Below are positions 50,690 to 63,155 of a DNA stretch of 64,000 bases, in pieces (within the stretch, counting starts at the first letter, position 1; the number at the start of each line of letters is the position of its first letter). Location of the stretch: NCBI RefSeq assembly GCF_964355755.1, contig NC_092674.1:13578001-13642000 (forward strand). The letters run 5' to 3'. The notes below the pieces were generated by a model. That model ran no database searches. It worked only from the letters and a program-made list of their open reading frames with translations, and was not told the DNA's origin. The position numbers and the translations under genes were made by a program. The DNA comes from Antedon mediterranea (taxonomy: Eukaryota; Animalia; Echinodermata).

Positions 50690-51932
50690 ATTACTTTTGT
50701 TTAGGAGTAACCGTACATTTAATGTACGATGATACTAAACAATCGCAATTGACATACTACAAATAATGTAAACCAAAATTGCTAGAGTTTAATTAAAGCA
50801 AAGGTTTCTTTTATGTTTGAATGCAATTATAGTTAGCTAGACTTATTGTTGTATTAATTTAGATACACAAATAAAAATATGAAATCATAAGAAGAAACAT
50901 TCGGGAATTACCAATCGTGATCTTAGAAATTATATTCATGACTAATGTGTCTATTTTAATATTTGAAGTAATCTTTTCTTTATATTATGTCATTTGAACA
51001 ATTGAATAGAACATGAAATCAGTACTTATGGATTTTAACCGACGAAGCCTCTACCTTTGCAATCGAACATTTTACCGGCACAAACGAAGCAAATTGAAAA
51101 AGTTTGTTGCTGTTGCTGATCTGGTAGATACCATTGAAATGTTAGCGAAACAATAAGTCATGTGTCTTAGAAAAGATAGTATTAAGGTTTTTTGTTTTCT
51201 GATGTCATCTGTAGACTTTTAACGGCGGTAAAGTTACTTCCGAGTTCGTTATCACTTTGCGATGTCCGGGTTGCAACTACAACTTTGCTGTAGTCACAAT
51301 AAAACCTCTGCACGAAACTCGTGCAGCTGTCCCACATGTGAACTGACATGTACATTTGATATACATTTGAGTAAAAATATTCCTTATTTCTCTCTTTAAA
51401 CAAACTAAAAAAATGAACTAATGTATATTAATTATACTGTATATGGTTTGGCTATTTAATATTATTGTGACTCTGACTGTTTAAAACTTAATGAATAAAT
51501 GGCTCATATGTTTAATATGTTATAAATTGTGTATACACTACGATACGACGTGAAGTTATTATTACAGTTGTAGACTCCGACTCGCAATAAAATTAATAAT
51601 ATTACAGGTAATATTTATTATTAATTTATAAAGATTAAACAAGTTATTACAAAGTGTGACATCAGTTGTTACAAAACCTTGGTTAATCTGACTTTCCAAT
51701 TTCAAGATTAACCTTGACGAGGCAGCAGTGTTCGTAACCATGTGAGGGGTACAACCGTGCAGTCCTCGACAATCTAGTTGCAACAAAAAATGATCTGTAA
51801 AATGACCCGCGATGTGGTTGCTTCATTTAGGTATGCTATTACTGGCACTCCCTTTAAATTGTAAAATTAAACACTTTTTAAATCACACTTAATTATATAG
51901 TAATAATTATTATTAATGTGTGTAACACTTAC

Positions 51933-52031
51933 TTTGGCTTGAAGATCCAATTTAGCACCTTCCTTGAGCAAAATAGTGCAAACATCTGTTTGGCCGTTTT
52001 GTGCAGCCAAATGTAAAGGTGACCACCCATC
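51933..52031 (-). CDS. Ankyrin-repeat exon E2: DGWSPLHLAAQNGQTDVCTILLKEGAKLDLQAK
   Basis: 99 bp, canonical splice sites, ankyrin consensus; lies within ORF 51867..52049. Confidence 0.92.
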
Positions 52032-52799
52032 CTGAAATATTACAAACATTATGTTATAATAATTTTTCTCTAAACAAACTATTATAATATTGTCCTGAAA
52101 TCAATACGATGTGATCAATTAAAAATTACGTTATAGATTTAAATAATGCTAGGCCTACATTATTAAATTAAATACGTATACATTTGTCTTTCTTGTATAA
52201 TATTTTTTTATATAAGTGCTTTATAAATATATAAAACAAATAAGTGGGTTTTTTTGCCTAAAAAGTAAACACTTCATATGATAGTGCTAACTAGTCTTGA
52301 GTGTAAATTATTATAAAGGGGCGTTTGAACTGGCAGTTACAGCTAAAATATCCAGGCTTCAAATTCTGTTCAGGTAACACATTTTGACTGCTAAATTCTT
52401 ACCATTCATGGTTTCATTTTACCGTTACTTGGAGGGGATATGTTTTTTTAAATGTTTTATAAAATCAAATAAAAATCTTGATTCATATCTATTTATTGTA
52501 TCATTTTGCATAAAATACAGTGTTGCTCTACAGTACAATCCAAAAACAGAAAACTGAAAAAAAAAACACGAAATATCATTCTCTAACATCCAGTGCCCTA
52601 AAGGCATATGGTAACAAAGATTACGGAATTTATTACGAGAGGTGATGGACCTTTTCTTTGAACGTCAAAATAGTGCATTGGATAGGTTGGGTCCTCAGTA
52701 AAGTCTCTTATCAAAATGCGTACTGTAGTCCACGTGATGCATAAATAACAATACGTTCCAGCTAATTCATCTACATTTAATTTGGGATATTTTGTTTGC

Positions 52800-53410
52800 G
52801 TTTCTGAGAGATCTACCTGTCGCTTCAGTACGGGTATTGGGGATATACTATAATATTATTATTTTTCATGGACACTCCTCCCAAACTTCAGAACAAGCTG
52901 GAGACGACGGTCACAGAGCCTATCAAGAAAAAATTCCTTTAGGGCTGCAGTGTACGAATATTACCTCCTCCCTAGTACAATTCTTAAAAACCTCTTCTGG
53001 ACCGATTCCAGGTCAAAGCTTAATTCGGAGGTCAGGGAGGAGTGCCAGGTTGGGCAAGCATATTCAATTATGGGCGTATGAAAGATTTATAAATCTTGAT
53101 TAACTGATCTTCTGGTGCGCCAAACCTTTTAAGTACCGACACAATATGCATGGCTTTATTGGCCTTGCTAACGATCTCACCAATGTGTGTATCCCACTTA
53201 AGGTTATCTTGGATAGTTACACCTAAAAGCTTAAATTGCTTAACAGTCTCAACTTGGACTCCATTATTAGTCAGTAAATCATAGTAACCATGAGTTTTAC
53301 AAAAGTTAATCTCCACTGATTTACACTTATTAGGGTTAAGGGCCATTTTATTTATTTTACACCATTCCTCTAAATTACTAAAGTTTGATTGAATAGAGTC
53401 CAGACAGTTA
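52800..53410 (-). mobile_element. CR1-type LINE RT C-terminal fragment
   Basis: MALNPNKCK, FKLLGVTIQDNLKW, IYKSFIRP; boundaries approximate. Confidence 0.78.
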
Positions 53411-54544
53411 ATGTTGTAAATAGAGAGGCATTTTAATTTATTGATGATAAAAAGTGTAGTATTACTGTAACCGAATTAGTCATGATATACGATGAATTTA
53501 AATAAGTTTTTGCATCATGAGGTATAGTATTATTATATTATTATCAATCGAATTAACATTTTTGATGTTTTATAGAATACAAATACTGGTACGTAATGGC
53601 CGAAACTCCACACTAAACATGGCCATGCATTTAATACTAAACATTGTATTACATTGAAATGTCAGAATGTTATAATGTACTTGGTATCAAAACTATACTA
53701 AATGACCAAAAGGTGACATACACTTTTGTCAAATCATCTCCTGTTTTGTATCGTTGGATAGATTTTAACTATGAAACTATTTTAACAATAATATTGTTTG
53801 TACACTATACGTATGATGTAGTAATTTTTTGTTTGTCATTGAAAGTAATGGTAAATGTATAATTTGTATAGTGTCCCATATCGTTTATGAACGCGTTATA
53901 ATTTTGATTCTGTTCTGGTTTTATGTGTAAAAGTGAAAATCAAAATAATTAAAATATTAGAAGTAATCGTGATCTTTGAAATTATAATCATGAATATTGT
54001 CTCCATATTGATAATTTAAAGTAATATTTTTAAATTTTATATGTCATTTGACCCAGGCCTAAATAATATGAAAAAAAAATCTTTTAAAAAACAATAGTAC
54101 ATATATAATCCGAATGTGCATGTATATTGCTATGATATACATAATTAAATGACTTTTTCTCTGGCCTTCCGATTTAGGTGAAGTAGACATTATTTTATTA
54201 TGACATACAGTAGTAACGTTCTACCGATATTTGTTATTGAAGATAATCATGTTCCTTTGTAATCAGTGCTACTAATCACCAACATCATTGATAGAGAACC
54301 AGATGTAAACAACAGACGAATCAGAGGTAATTTAAATCGGACGACGAGGAACCCAAATCATCAACAGAGACAAAGGCGTCCACCAACTCACATTGGCTCC
54401 CTAGAGGTATATCAGTTTAAAAACATATTTTATTCTAATGGAGCTGTCTAAGCAGGACTGCCAAGCAGGTTAGTTTCGCTAATTGTTTTTTTTTTCGAAA
54501 AGAATTAATAATTCACATGTCGTATCGTTACGTAAAATACATCA

Positions 54545-55183
54545 AGTTCACTATGTCTGTCGGTCTGTCGGTCCGGTATCACTATGCGTTTTATCGCTTT
54601 CAGACCTTATCTTGATATCAGTTCAATCTAGCTAGGTCAATTTTTCACAGTATATTCCTTATGGCCAGGAATCGATGTGGTTATGTTTTCACGGTGCGCA
54701 ATAAAAAATTACGCGGTCTACGCACGATTTAACGAAATCACGTTTGTAATCATATCTTCACAACCATGAATCACAATTAAATAAAATTTGGTACTCATAA
54801 ATTTCAGGGCATAAATCATCATATGGCAATACAATTACGCGTTAAATGTTATTGCGCACCCTTTTTGCCCGATTTATGTTTTCTTGACTTACTTTTCAAC
54901 TCGAAATTACGTTATACGAGCACGTCAAAAGTAACAGGCTACGCACGTGGAAATTAAAAAATATAAATGTTTTTAAACATTTCAACATTTTTAAACATGT
55001 TCAATAATTTCGGTCAGTATAGTTCACTATGTCGGTCGGTCGGTCGGTCGGTCTGTCTGTCTGTCTGTCTGTCTGTCGGTCTGTCGGTCTGTCGGTCTGT
55101 CTGTCGGTCGGTCTGTCGGTCTGTCTGGCGGTCCGGTATCACTATGCATTGTAGCACGCGACTTAATGGCTGTTGGCCTTGTT
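54545..55183 (-). mobile_element. DINE-1/HINE-like Helentron-derived element, truncated
   Basis: Reverse complement of the 58797-59609 family with (GACA/GACC)n microsatellite. Confidence 0.75.
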
Positions 55184-56809
55184 TAAATACGATGTATTTA
55201 TAATTATATGGACCTCAACAAAATCCATCTAAAGTACCAGCAGCATTGGTTGACAAACCCTTAATCTTCGATCACATACTGACCGTCATTAAGCTTTATA
55301 ACCAGTCACATCAATGAGGAACTTAATTACACATTGCATTGTTTGCAAACTGATAAGTAATACAACCCAACAACACTGTCATGATGTAATTAGGAAAAGA
55401 AGGAACAAAATGGCTTCTTTCATTGAAACATCAATTTTAATTGATGTTTCAATAAAAATACATACAGGAGCTATTTTGGCTTGGTATTATGTACAAAAGC
55501 CCTAGAAAACATCTTATTTTATTGTTTTAGTTTTCTTCAGAAATATAACTTTTGATTTTAAACACGATATTTGTATTCGAGTATTATAATACAGTATGTA
55601 TAATTTTTCAATAACTGTTACGGAGTCTATTTGTACAAAAGATGGTGGACCGGTAACGTACACCTTAAACACAGAATGGATCTTTTTTTCATTTTGGAGG
55701 AGATGGTATTAACAGTCCGTTGTCGTTTCAGCAAAGATATCTCCGAGTTGGAATAAGAAACAACAAAACATATCCATCTAGTGCACTGTTTTAGGATGAA
55801 GTTATGTGGAGAAACCACTGTGATCTACTGTAGCTAAAGTAACCGATATTAGCTTCGATGGTTCACTATGGCAAGAAGCATTACTGTTTTTGATGATCAA
55901 CTTTAGATAGCATGGTAACCAACGTGGTGATGTTGCAACATGTTAAGATGCATAGCCCTTAATGATTTATATGAAGTAGGATTTTCTAAAAAGAAATACT
56001 TCAATAAAGAGTCATAATACTGTAGGTTGAAGCAAGTACCAACACAAAGCGTTACTGGAATTCATCAAATCCACAAGATATAATAATGTTTGGAGTATCA
56101 ACCTTGACTTCAACTGATGGATGTGCTGTCTATAACGCAAAAGCTAATGAGACCTATCATCCAACGTCATCTCTGAAGTAAAACTATTTGCCAATTATTG
56201 CATTCATAACACAATTCCAAGTACTGAAGACGCTGGAAATTGCAAACAGACTTTGTAAGTGAACGAGAAAAAGGTGTTAAAATGCTACTAAATGCTTCTC
56301 CGTGAGAGTTAAACACAGGGAGACACCAATCACGAACACCATCCTTTCTAGTATTTGAACTCAGTCAAGTTAGATTGGTCAACCCGTATAGCCTAAACCA
56401 AATCACAAATAAAGCAAACAGAATACTAAGATTGCGAAACATAAATCTATATAATACAATTGTAGTAGGAATATTAAACCTATAGCGTCTTATTCGACCT
56501 AAGCTTGAGTAATGTTTTGAGGCTTGGCCAAATCACGAATCGGACATGTACAAGCTATTATTTGCAGCTAAACACATAGCACAATAATACGAGGATGCTT
56601 CGATACAACCATTAGCCTAATTTTTTCGTGATTTTATGGATTTTAGCACCGTGACCTCTGACTACAGTTGATACAAATTGTTGCTCATTGTTTAGGTGGT
56701 TAGATATTATCCTATTATATGCCTAGAAGAATAGGAGTTAGGCCATGTTATTATTATATAGGCCAGGAACTTTGTTAACGTCTATGTTTTGTATGGTAAA
56801 TGCACATAC

Positions 56810-57616
56810 GCCCGTATTCTTAAACCGGACTTTAGTCGTAGCTCGAGCTAAAACTTGATGAATGACATCATTTTAATTCATAAACAAAACTTCAACTAAA
56901 TCGGCGACAAAATCAGGCCAACCTCGGCTAAATCGAGACGGATTTTGATCGATGGCGCAGGCTAAATCGCCGACTAAATGGTATTTAAACGAGGTTTATA
57001 AAAAATATGACAGTCGTTGAGTTGTTATATTGGCCAGATATTGAAGAATGAAATATCTATTTTTATATTAGTTGAATTAAATATGCATTGGTATAATGTT
57101 GATGCTAATCATGTTTATTTACAACCTTATACAAATTACATAAATTTCTTCACGCAAGTCCGCGATGGAACGTTTATAGCGCTTTCTTGTCACACTATGA
57201 TGTACGTGATTCGTCGCGATCATACTTTATTGGAGGCCTATAAAATATGGAAGTTTTTGTTTGTTGTTACTGAAAAGTACTTTACTTTTAAATTAATACT
57301 GATCTTGTTTCTATAATAAACGATTAAGATTATTATTCATGTATAGTCCTGATGCGTAAAAAGTTTTGTTATAACAAAATGGAAAGTGATATTAAATGCG
57401 CAAAATTTCGTTATTTATCATTGGCCAATTTTAATTTATGATATTTATTAAAATAGCCTTTGTTACCCAGACGTGTAAAACTCGATTAAAGCTCGACTTC
57501 ATTAAGTCAAACTGCAAACTTCTTCTATGAATCGAATTTGAAGTATTAGCTCGAACTAGTACTTTTTGAAGTCGAAGTTCGAACTACGACTAAATATCGG
57601 TTTAAGAATAACGGGC
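56810..57616. mobile_element. MITE with imperfect terminal inverted repeats of about 33 bp
   Basis: gcccgtattcttaaaccggactttagtcgtag versus ctacgactaaatatcggtttaagaataacgggc; TSD not clearly resolved. Confidence 0.65.
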
Positions 57617-58796
57617 ATAAATGGCTATTTAAATTATATGGAGTAGGGAAATATATTATAAAGAGCGTTACCTTCGCAATAAGCAATTCAAAGTTTAATA
57701 TTTTAAATGTGAACGTACCCCCCCCCCCTCTCCCCAAATTCATCAAATGTGCCATGACAAGGACAGTAATCGGTGATACCATACAAAACACACATTTGGT
57801 TTTGATTAAATTTAATTCAATAGTTTGGAGTCATTTTATAACAAGTTCCTCTTTCGGATGTAATTTCCAGGGTTCGAATTGTATACGATTAATAATTCAA
57901 CGTGTCTGTATTATTTGTTCATGTAGTCGACATGTATACTGTTGTACACATAGCCTTGCTTACACTTATTTATTTACGCCTAAACTTCACTACAGTAGAA
58001 TAGAACCTCTCTTAATTTTCGAACACCCATATTCAGGGAACGAGAACTCTGACTGCTAAAAGAAACAACACTACAAAAGCAAACAGGGATTAAGAACTAT
58101 AACTGAGAAAGAAACAAAATCATAAAAGCAAATACAAAAAATGACTAAATAATTATATTCATCATTATTAATACAAAACTTCGGTACTTTCTCTGGTTCG
58201 AAATGTGTTATTGGCTAATCGTTGGTTGCTAAATTTCAATTCTTCTAGATTTATTAAGTCAGTCCAGATCAATTATTAGGAGACAATTTTCGAAAGGTGA
58301 GGTTCCAAAGGTGACCTTTTATTAGGTGTTCTTTGTATTCTATAACCATCTGTGGGCGCGACTTAGATGGTACGCGAGCGAATTGAGCAATGCATCTAGT
58401 ATTATTAAATATCATCAACAAAATGATAATGTTACTACTGGACAAGTGGTGGTCAATATAAACATAATAATAACCACCAAATATAATTATTGTTACTCAC
58501 TCTACACAAAGACAATTCCTAAACGAATCGGATAGAGCAAAAGACAAGCAATGCACCAAACGTTGCCACTTTTAAGAATAAATTGAATACCATTAACAAT
58601 TAATTTCGTAAAAGCATATTTTGTCATTAATTATCCTTTTTTTTAATTGTTTGCTCTTTTTGGAAGTCAACAATAATAATACAGATATATGTAACTTGTA
58701 TTATCATATTTTTGTGACGTCGTTTGTGGTACACAATACTTAGTTGCATATTTTCCACCTGTGGGTTGGTTTAAATAGACGAGGTATTTGTAAAAG

Positions 58797-59609
58797 AACA
58801 AGTCCAACAGCCATTAAGTCGCGTGCTACAATGCATAGTGATACCGGACCGACAGACAAACAGACCGACAGACAGACAGACCGACAGACAGACGGACCGA
58901 CCGACATAGTGAACTATACTGACCGAAATTACTGAACATGTTTAAAAATGTTGAAATGTTTAAAAACATTTATATTTTTTTAATTTACACGTGCGTAGCC
59001 TGTCACTTTTGACGTGCTCGTATAACGTAATTTCGAGTTGAAAAGTAAGTCAAGAAAACAGAAATCGGGCAAAAAGAGTGCGCAATAACATTTAACGCGC
59101 AGTGCGCGCGCAAAAATCTGCGCACTCATGGCAATTTTGTAAACGCTTAAAATTGCCTGAAACGTACTCTTATTTCATCGAAAATAAATTTTGAAAATTT
59201 TAGGCGCGCGTACGCATGTGTTACATGCGCTACGCACGTAATTGTATTGCCATATGATGATTTATGCCCTGAAATTTATGAGTACCAAATTTTATTTAAT
59301 TGTGATTCATGGTTGTTAAGATATGATTACAAACGTGATTTCGTTAAATCGTGCGTAGACCGCGTAATTTTTTATTGCGCACCGTGAAATCATAACCACA
59401 TCGATTCCTGGCCATAAGGAATATTCTGTGAAAAATTGATTTAGCTAGATTAAACTGATATCAAGATAAGGTCATAAAGCGATAAAACGCATAGTGATAC
59501 CGGACCGACAGACAGACAGACCGACAGACAGACCGACAGACCGACAGACAGACATACAGACAGACCGACCGACCGACATAGTGAACTATAGAGTCGCTTC
59601 CACGCGACT
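58797..59609 (+). mobile_element. DINE-1/HINE-like Helentron-derived element
   Basis: Subterminal IR agtcgcgtg / cacgcgact, terminal hairpin agtcgcttccacgcgact, (GACA)n microsatellites, inserted in an A-tract. Confidence 0.78.
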
Positions 59610-60835
59610 AAAAAGTTAGGTTGTGCACAACGAATGAATAAAGTGAACGGTACCAAGTAAGATGTGTTGTGTATTTATATTCTAAGCATAACAATATAAG
59701 CACTTTATTACTTGTCTCGCTGTTTGCGTTTTTTCACGTTCGAACACGGTATCGTTGACCTAAACGCAACTCTATTACTGTTCGCCGAGTGTCGCATTGA
59801 TTGCAACACACTGCGTTGATTGCAAGGTAGCGAACGCCGCCAAGATAATGTAATGTATATTTGCGCAAAGTTGATACAAGTCAGTCTGTGGAGCACATGC
59901 CAAGGAAGTTAATAATTAATCTTTTCTTTGTTGTTTTAACCTTTTGAATTTATAAATTACATTCAATTATCGTACGAAGGAAGACAAATTAAATCCACCA
60001 CTTTTAAACAAGCTGATTTGAGCAGAGGCAAATCCTAAATTATCAATTTTTTAGGGAATTAAACCCGACAAATCGTTTTAAAACTGGTGTTTTAACATGT
60101 GTGTGGTTACATTATAAAATGATAGTTGGAATTGAACCGACTACATTTTCGTCGCAACAGTGATTATTCAACTACCGTAATTGTTGTAAAGAGAGAGGGT
60201 GCGAAATTGTTAGATTAGCTTTTTGCACTTGCCATCCTCTCTTCCTTGTTCTTCTAATTCATTTATTCGTTTTAAAAATTAACAAAAAAACATTTTTTGT
60301 TTAGTTCACGCAAGTTTTACCATTGAAATCTTACCTTTTAATGTATATCTCAATTATAACAATTTTATATATGTTTTTTTTTTACAAAATTGCTTCAATC
60401 GAGTTAATTTTTTTACTGAACCTTTTGAATTGGCGAGTTATGAATGTTTGCATACCGTATGTTGTACCGCGATGGTAAGACTCTCATAAAAATTAATAAT
60501 ATTACAAGTAATAAATATTAATTTATAAGGATTAAACAATTTATTACAAAGTGTGACATCAATATTGTTAAAAAACCTTGGTTAATCTGACTTTCCAATG
60601 TCAAGATTAACCATGACGAGGCAGCAGTGTTCCGAACCATGTGAGGGATACAACCGTGCAGTTCTCGACAATTTAGTCATCCTCGCCACAAAAAATGGTC
60701 TGTAATATGACCCGCGATGATCTTGCTTCATTTAAGTATGTTATTATTTGCACGCCCTTTAAATTGCAAAATTAAACACTTTTTTAAATCACACTGAATT
60801 ATATAGCACATATTATTTATGTGTGTAATACTTAC

Positions 60836-60934
60836 TTTGGTCTGAAGATCCAATTTAGCACCTTCCTTGAGCAAAATGGAGCAAACATCTGTGTGGCCGT
60901 TTTCTGCAGCCCCATATAAAGGTGACGCTCCATT
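60836..60934 (-). CDS. Ankyrin-repeat exon E1: NGASPLYGAAENGHTDVCSILLKEGAKLDLQTK
   Basis: 99 bp between cag acceptor and gtaagt donor; matches ankyrin consensus G-x-T/S-P-L-H/Y-x-A-A-x-x-G-H...L-L-x-x-G-A. Confidence 0.92.
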
Positions 60935-61620
60935 CTGAAATATTACAAACATTATGTTATAGTATTTTCTCTCTCTAAACAAAGTATTATAATATTGTCC
61001 TGGAATCAATACGATGTGATTATTTAAAAATGAAGTTATAGATTTAAATAATGCTACATTGTTAAATTCAATAAAAATTATCAACCATTGATGTTTTCTT
61101 TAAGATAATGTATTGTATACGTATACATTTTTCTTTCTTGTATAACATTTTTTATAGTATTTTGTAAATGTAAAACAAATAAGTGTTTTTTTTTCATCCG
61201 CTAGTGCTAACTAGTCTGAGTGTAAATTATGATAAAGTGACGTTTGAACTGGCAGTTACAGCTAATATATGCAGGCTCCAAATTCTGTTCAGGTAACACG
61301 TTTGGACTGCTAAATTCTTACTATTGGTTTAATTTTACCGCTACTTGGAGGGAATATGTTTTTTTTAAAGTGGTTTATAAAATCTCAATTCATATTAATT
61401 TATTGTATCATTTTGCATAAAATACAATTCAAAAACAGAAAACTGAAAAAACCACGACATATCATTCTCTAACATTCAGTGCCCTAAAGGCATAAATGGT
61501 AACAATGATTACGGAATCTTTTACGAGAGGTAATGGACCTTTTCTTTGAACGTTGAGATAGTGCATTGAATATGTTGGGTCTTGCAAAATTTAATGTGTT
61601 TCCTCAGTAAAGTCTCTAAT

Positions 61621-62338
61621 AACAAGGCCATATAGATGGCTGCAGTCGCGTGCTTAGTGTTTACCGACCGACCGACCAACCTACCAACTGACCGAAATTA
61701 CTGAACATGTTTAAAAATGTTGAAATGTTTAAAAACAATTATATTTTTTTAATTTACACGTGCGTAGCCTGTCACTTTTGACGTGCTCGTATAACGTAAT
61801 TTCGAGTTGAAAAGTAAGTCAAGAAAACAGAAATCGGGCAAAAATAGTGCGCAAAGACATTTAACGCGCAGTGCGCGCGCAAAAATTTGCGCACTCATGG
61901 CAATTTTGTAAACGCTTAAAATTGCCTGAAACGTACTCTTATTTCATCGAAAATAAATTTTGAAAATTTTAAGCGCGCGTACGCATGCGTTACATGCGCT
62001 ACGCACGTAATTGTATAGTCATATGATGATTTATACCCTGAAATTTATGAGTACCAAATTTTATTTAATTGTGATTCATGGTTGTGAAGATATGATTACA
62101 AACGTGATTTCGTTAAATCGTGCGTAGACCGCGTACTTTTTTATTGCGCACCGTGAAAACATAACCACATCGATTCCTGGCCATAAGGAATATACTGTGA
62201 AAAATTGACTTAGCTAGATTAAACTGATATCAAGATAAGATCAGAAAGCGATAAAACGCATAGTGATACCGGACCGACAGATCGACAGACCGACCGACCG
62301 ACCGACATAGTGAACTATAGAGTCGCTTCCACGCGACT
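61621..62338 (+). mobile_element. DINE-1/HINE-like element (same family)
   Basis: Same termini; empty site agtctcttataaaaatgaatcaaattgag at about 9266. Confidence 0.8.
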
Positions 62339-63155
62339 AAAAATGAATCAAATTGAGATCTGCTCAATTATAAGTACAGTAGTCTTATACGTGAAGCATA
62401 ACTAACAATACGTTACAGCTAATTCTTACATGTGGTCTCGGTAAACTATAAAACAATGAATAAAGAGAATACTTTCAATTACAGATTTATAACAAAAGAC
62501 GTATGACTAATGGAAGGGTTAACTCCTAAAGATTTGAGTCTCCGCAACAGTAAAGCCTATTTGATACTCTCGGTAATGAGGTCGTGTCATTTAAGATCAC
62601 TAGTGATTTATTTGCAATCTCAACTGCAGAGTGGGTACCGTACCGTATTTAATTTTTTAGGTGATTTTCCTTTTTTGTGGGTTACTGTATGGGTTGATAA
62701 ATAATGTATGAGTCGTAAGATGTTAGTTTATTAGTATAGAGTACTGCAAACCATAATAGTAGGTAACATTTGTAATTGAGGGCGTTTTATTTAACACGAC
62801 AAAGTATCTGAACTCCCCAAAAACGTACCGTATCATAATGTAGTATATTTTAAATGTTGACATGACATAATAAACAATGAAAGTTCTTTCTAACATAATT
62901 TTTTTCTCGGGTTACTCGGATGCCGTATTTTTTTATTTTTTTATTTATTGTAATAATAATATCTTTGATTGTATATTGTTTTTCAATAAGCCGTGCGGAG
63001 GATTCAGGTAATTTCTCTTAGTATTAAAGGGTAACACCGCGGCTTTAAAGTGTATATTGCTTATTATAAAATATAAACCTCTTAATCAACATTGGTAATA
63101 ACCGTGCCTAATTTTAGACAGCACTCAGGCAAAAGTTAAGTCGCTTTAAAAAAAA

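Larger units (their letters stand above)
8422..60934 (-). other. Internal portion of a multi-exon ankyrin-repeat gene (one repeat per 99-bp exon; five exons in window)
   Basis: Five paralogous 99-bp exons, all with atttcag acceptors and gtaagt donors on the minus strand, all open and phase 0-0; no start or stop exon seen. Confidence 0.88.

Noticed and set aside
55630-56260. Coding-like composition suggesting a decayed gene
   Set aside because: Stops in the plus-strand frames I tried and no motif I recognise; blastx needed
60728-61084. ORF-track proteins 60728..61084, 51867..52049 and 8380..8595 as standalone small genes
   Set aside because: Only the 99-bp ankyrin part is coding; the rest is intron read-through bounded by canonical splice sites
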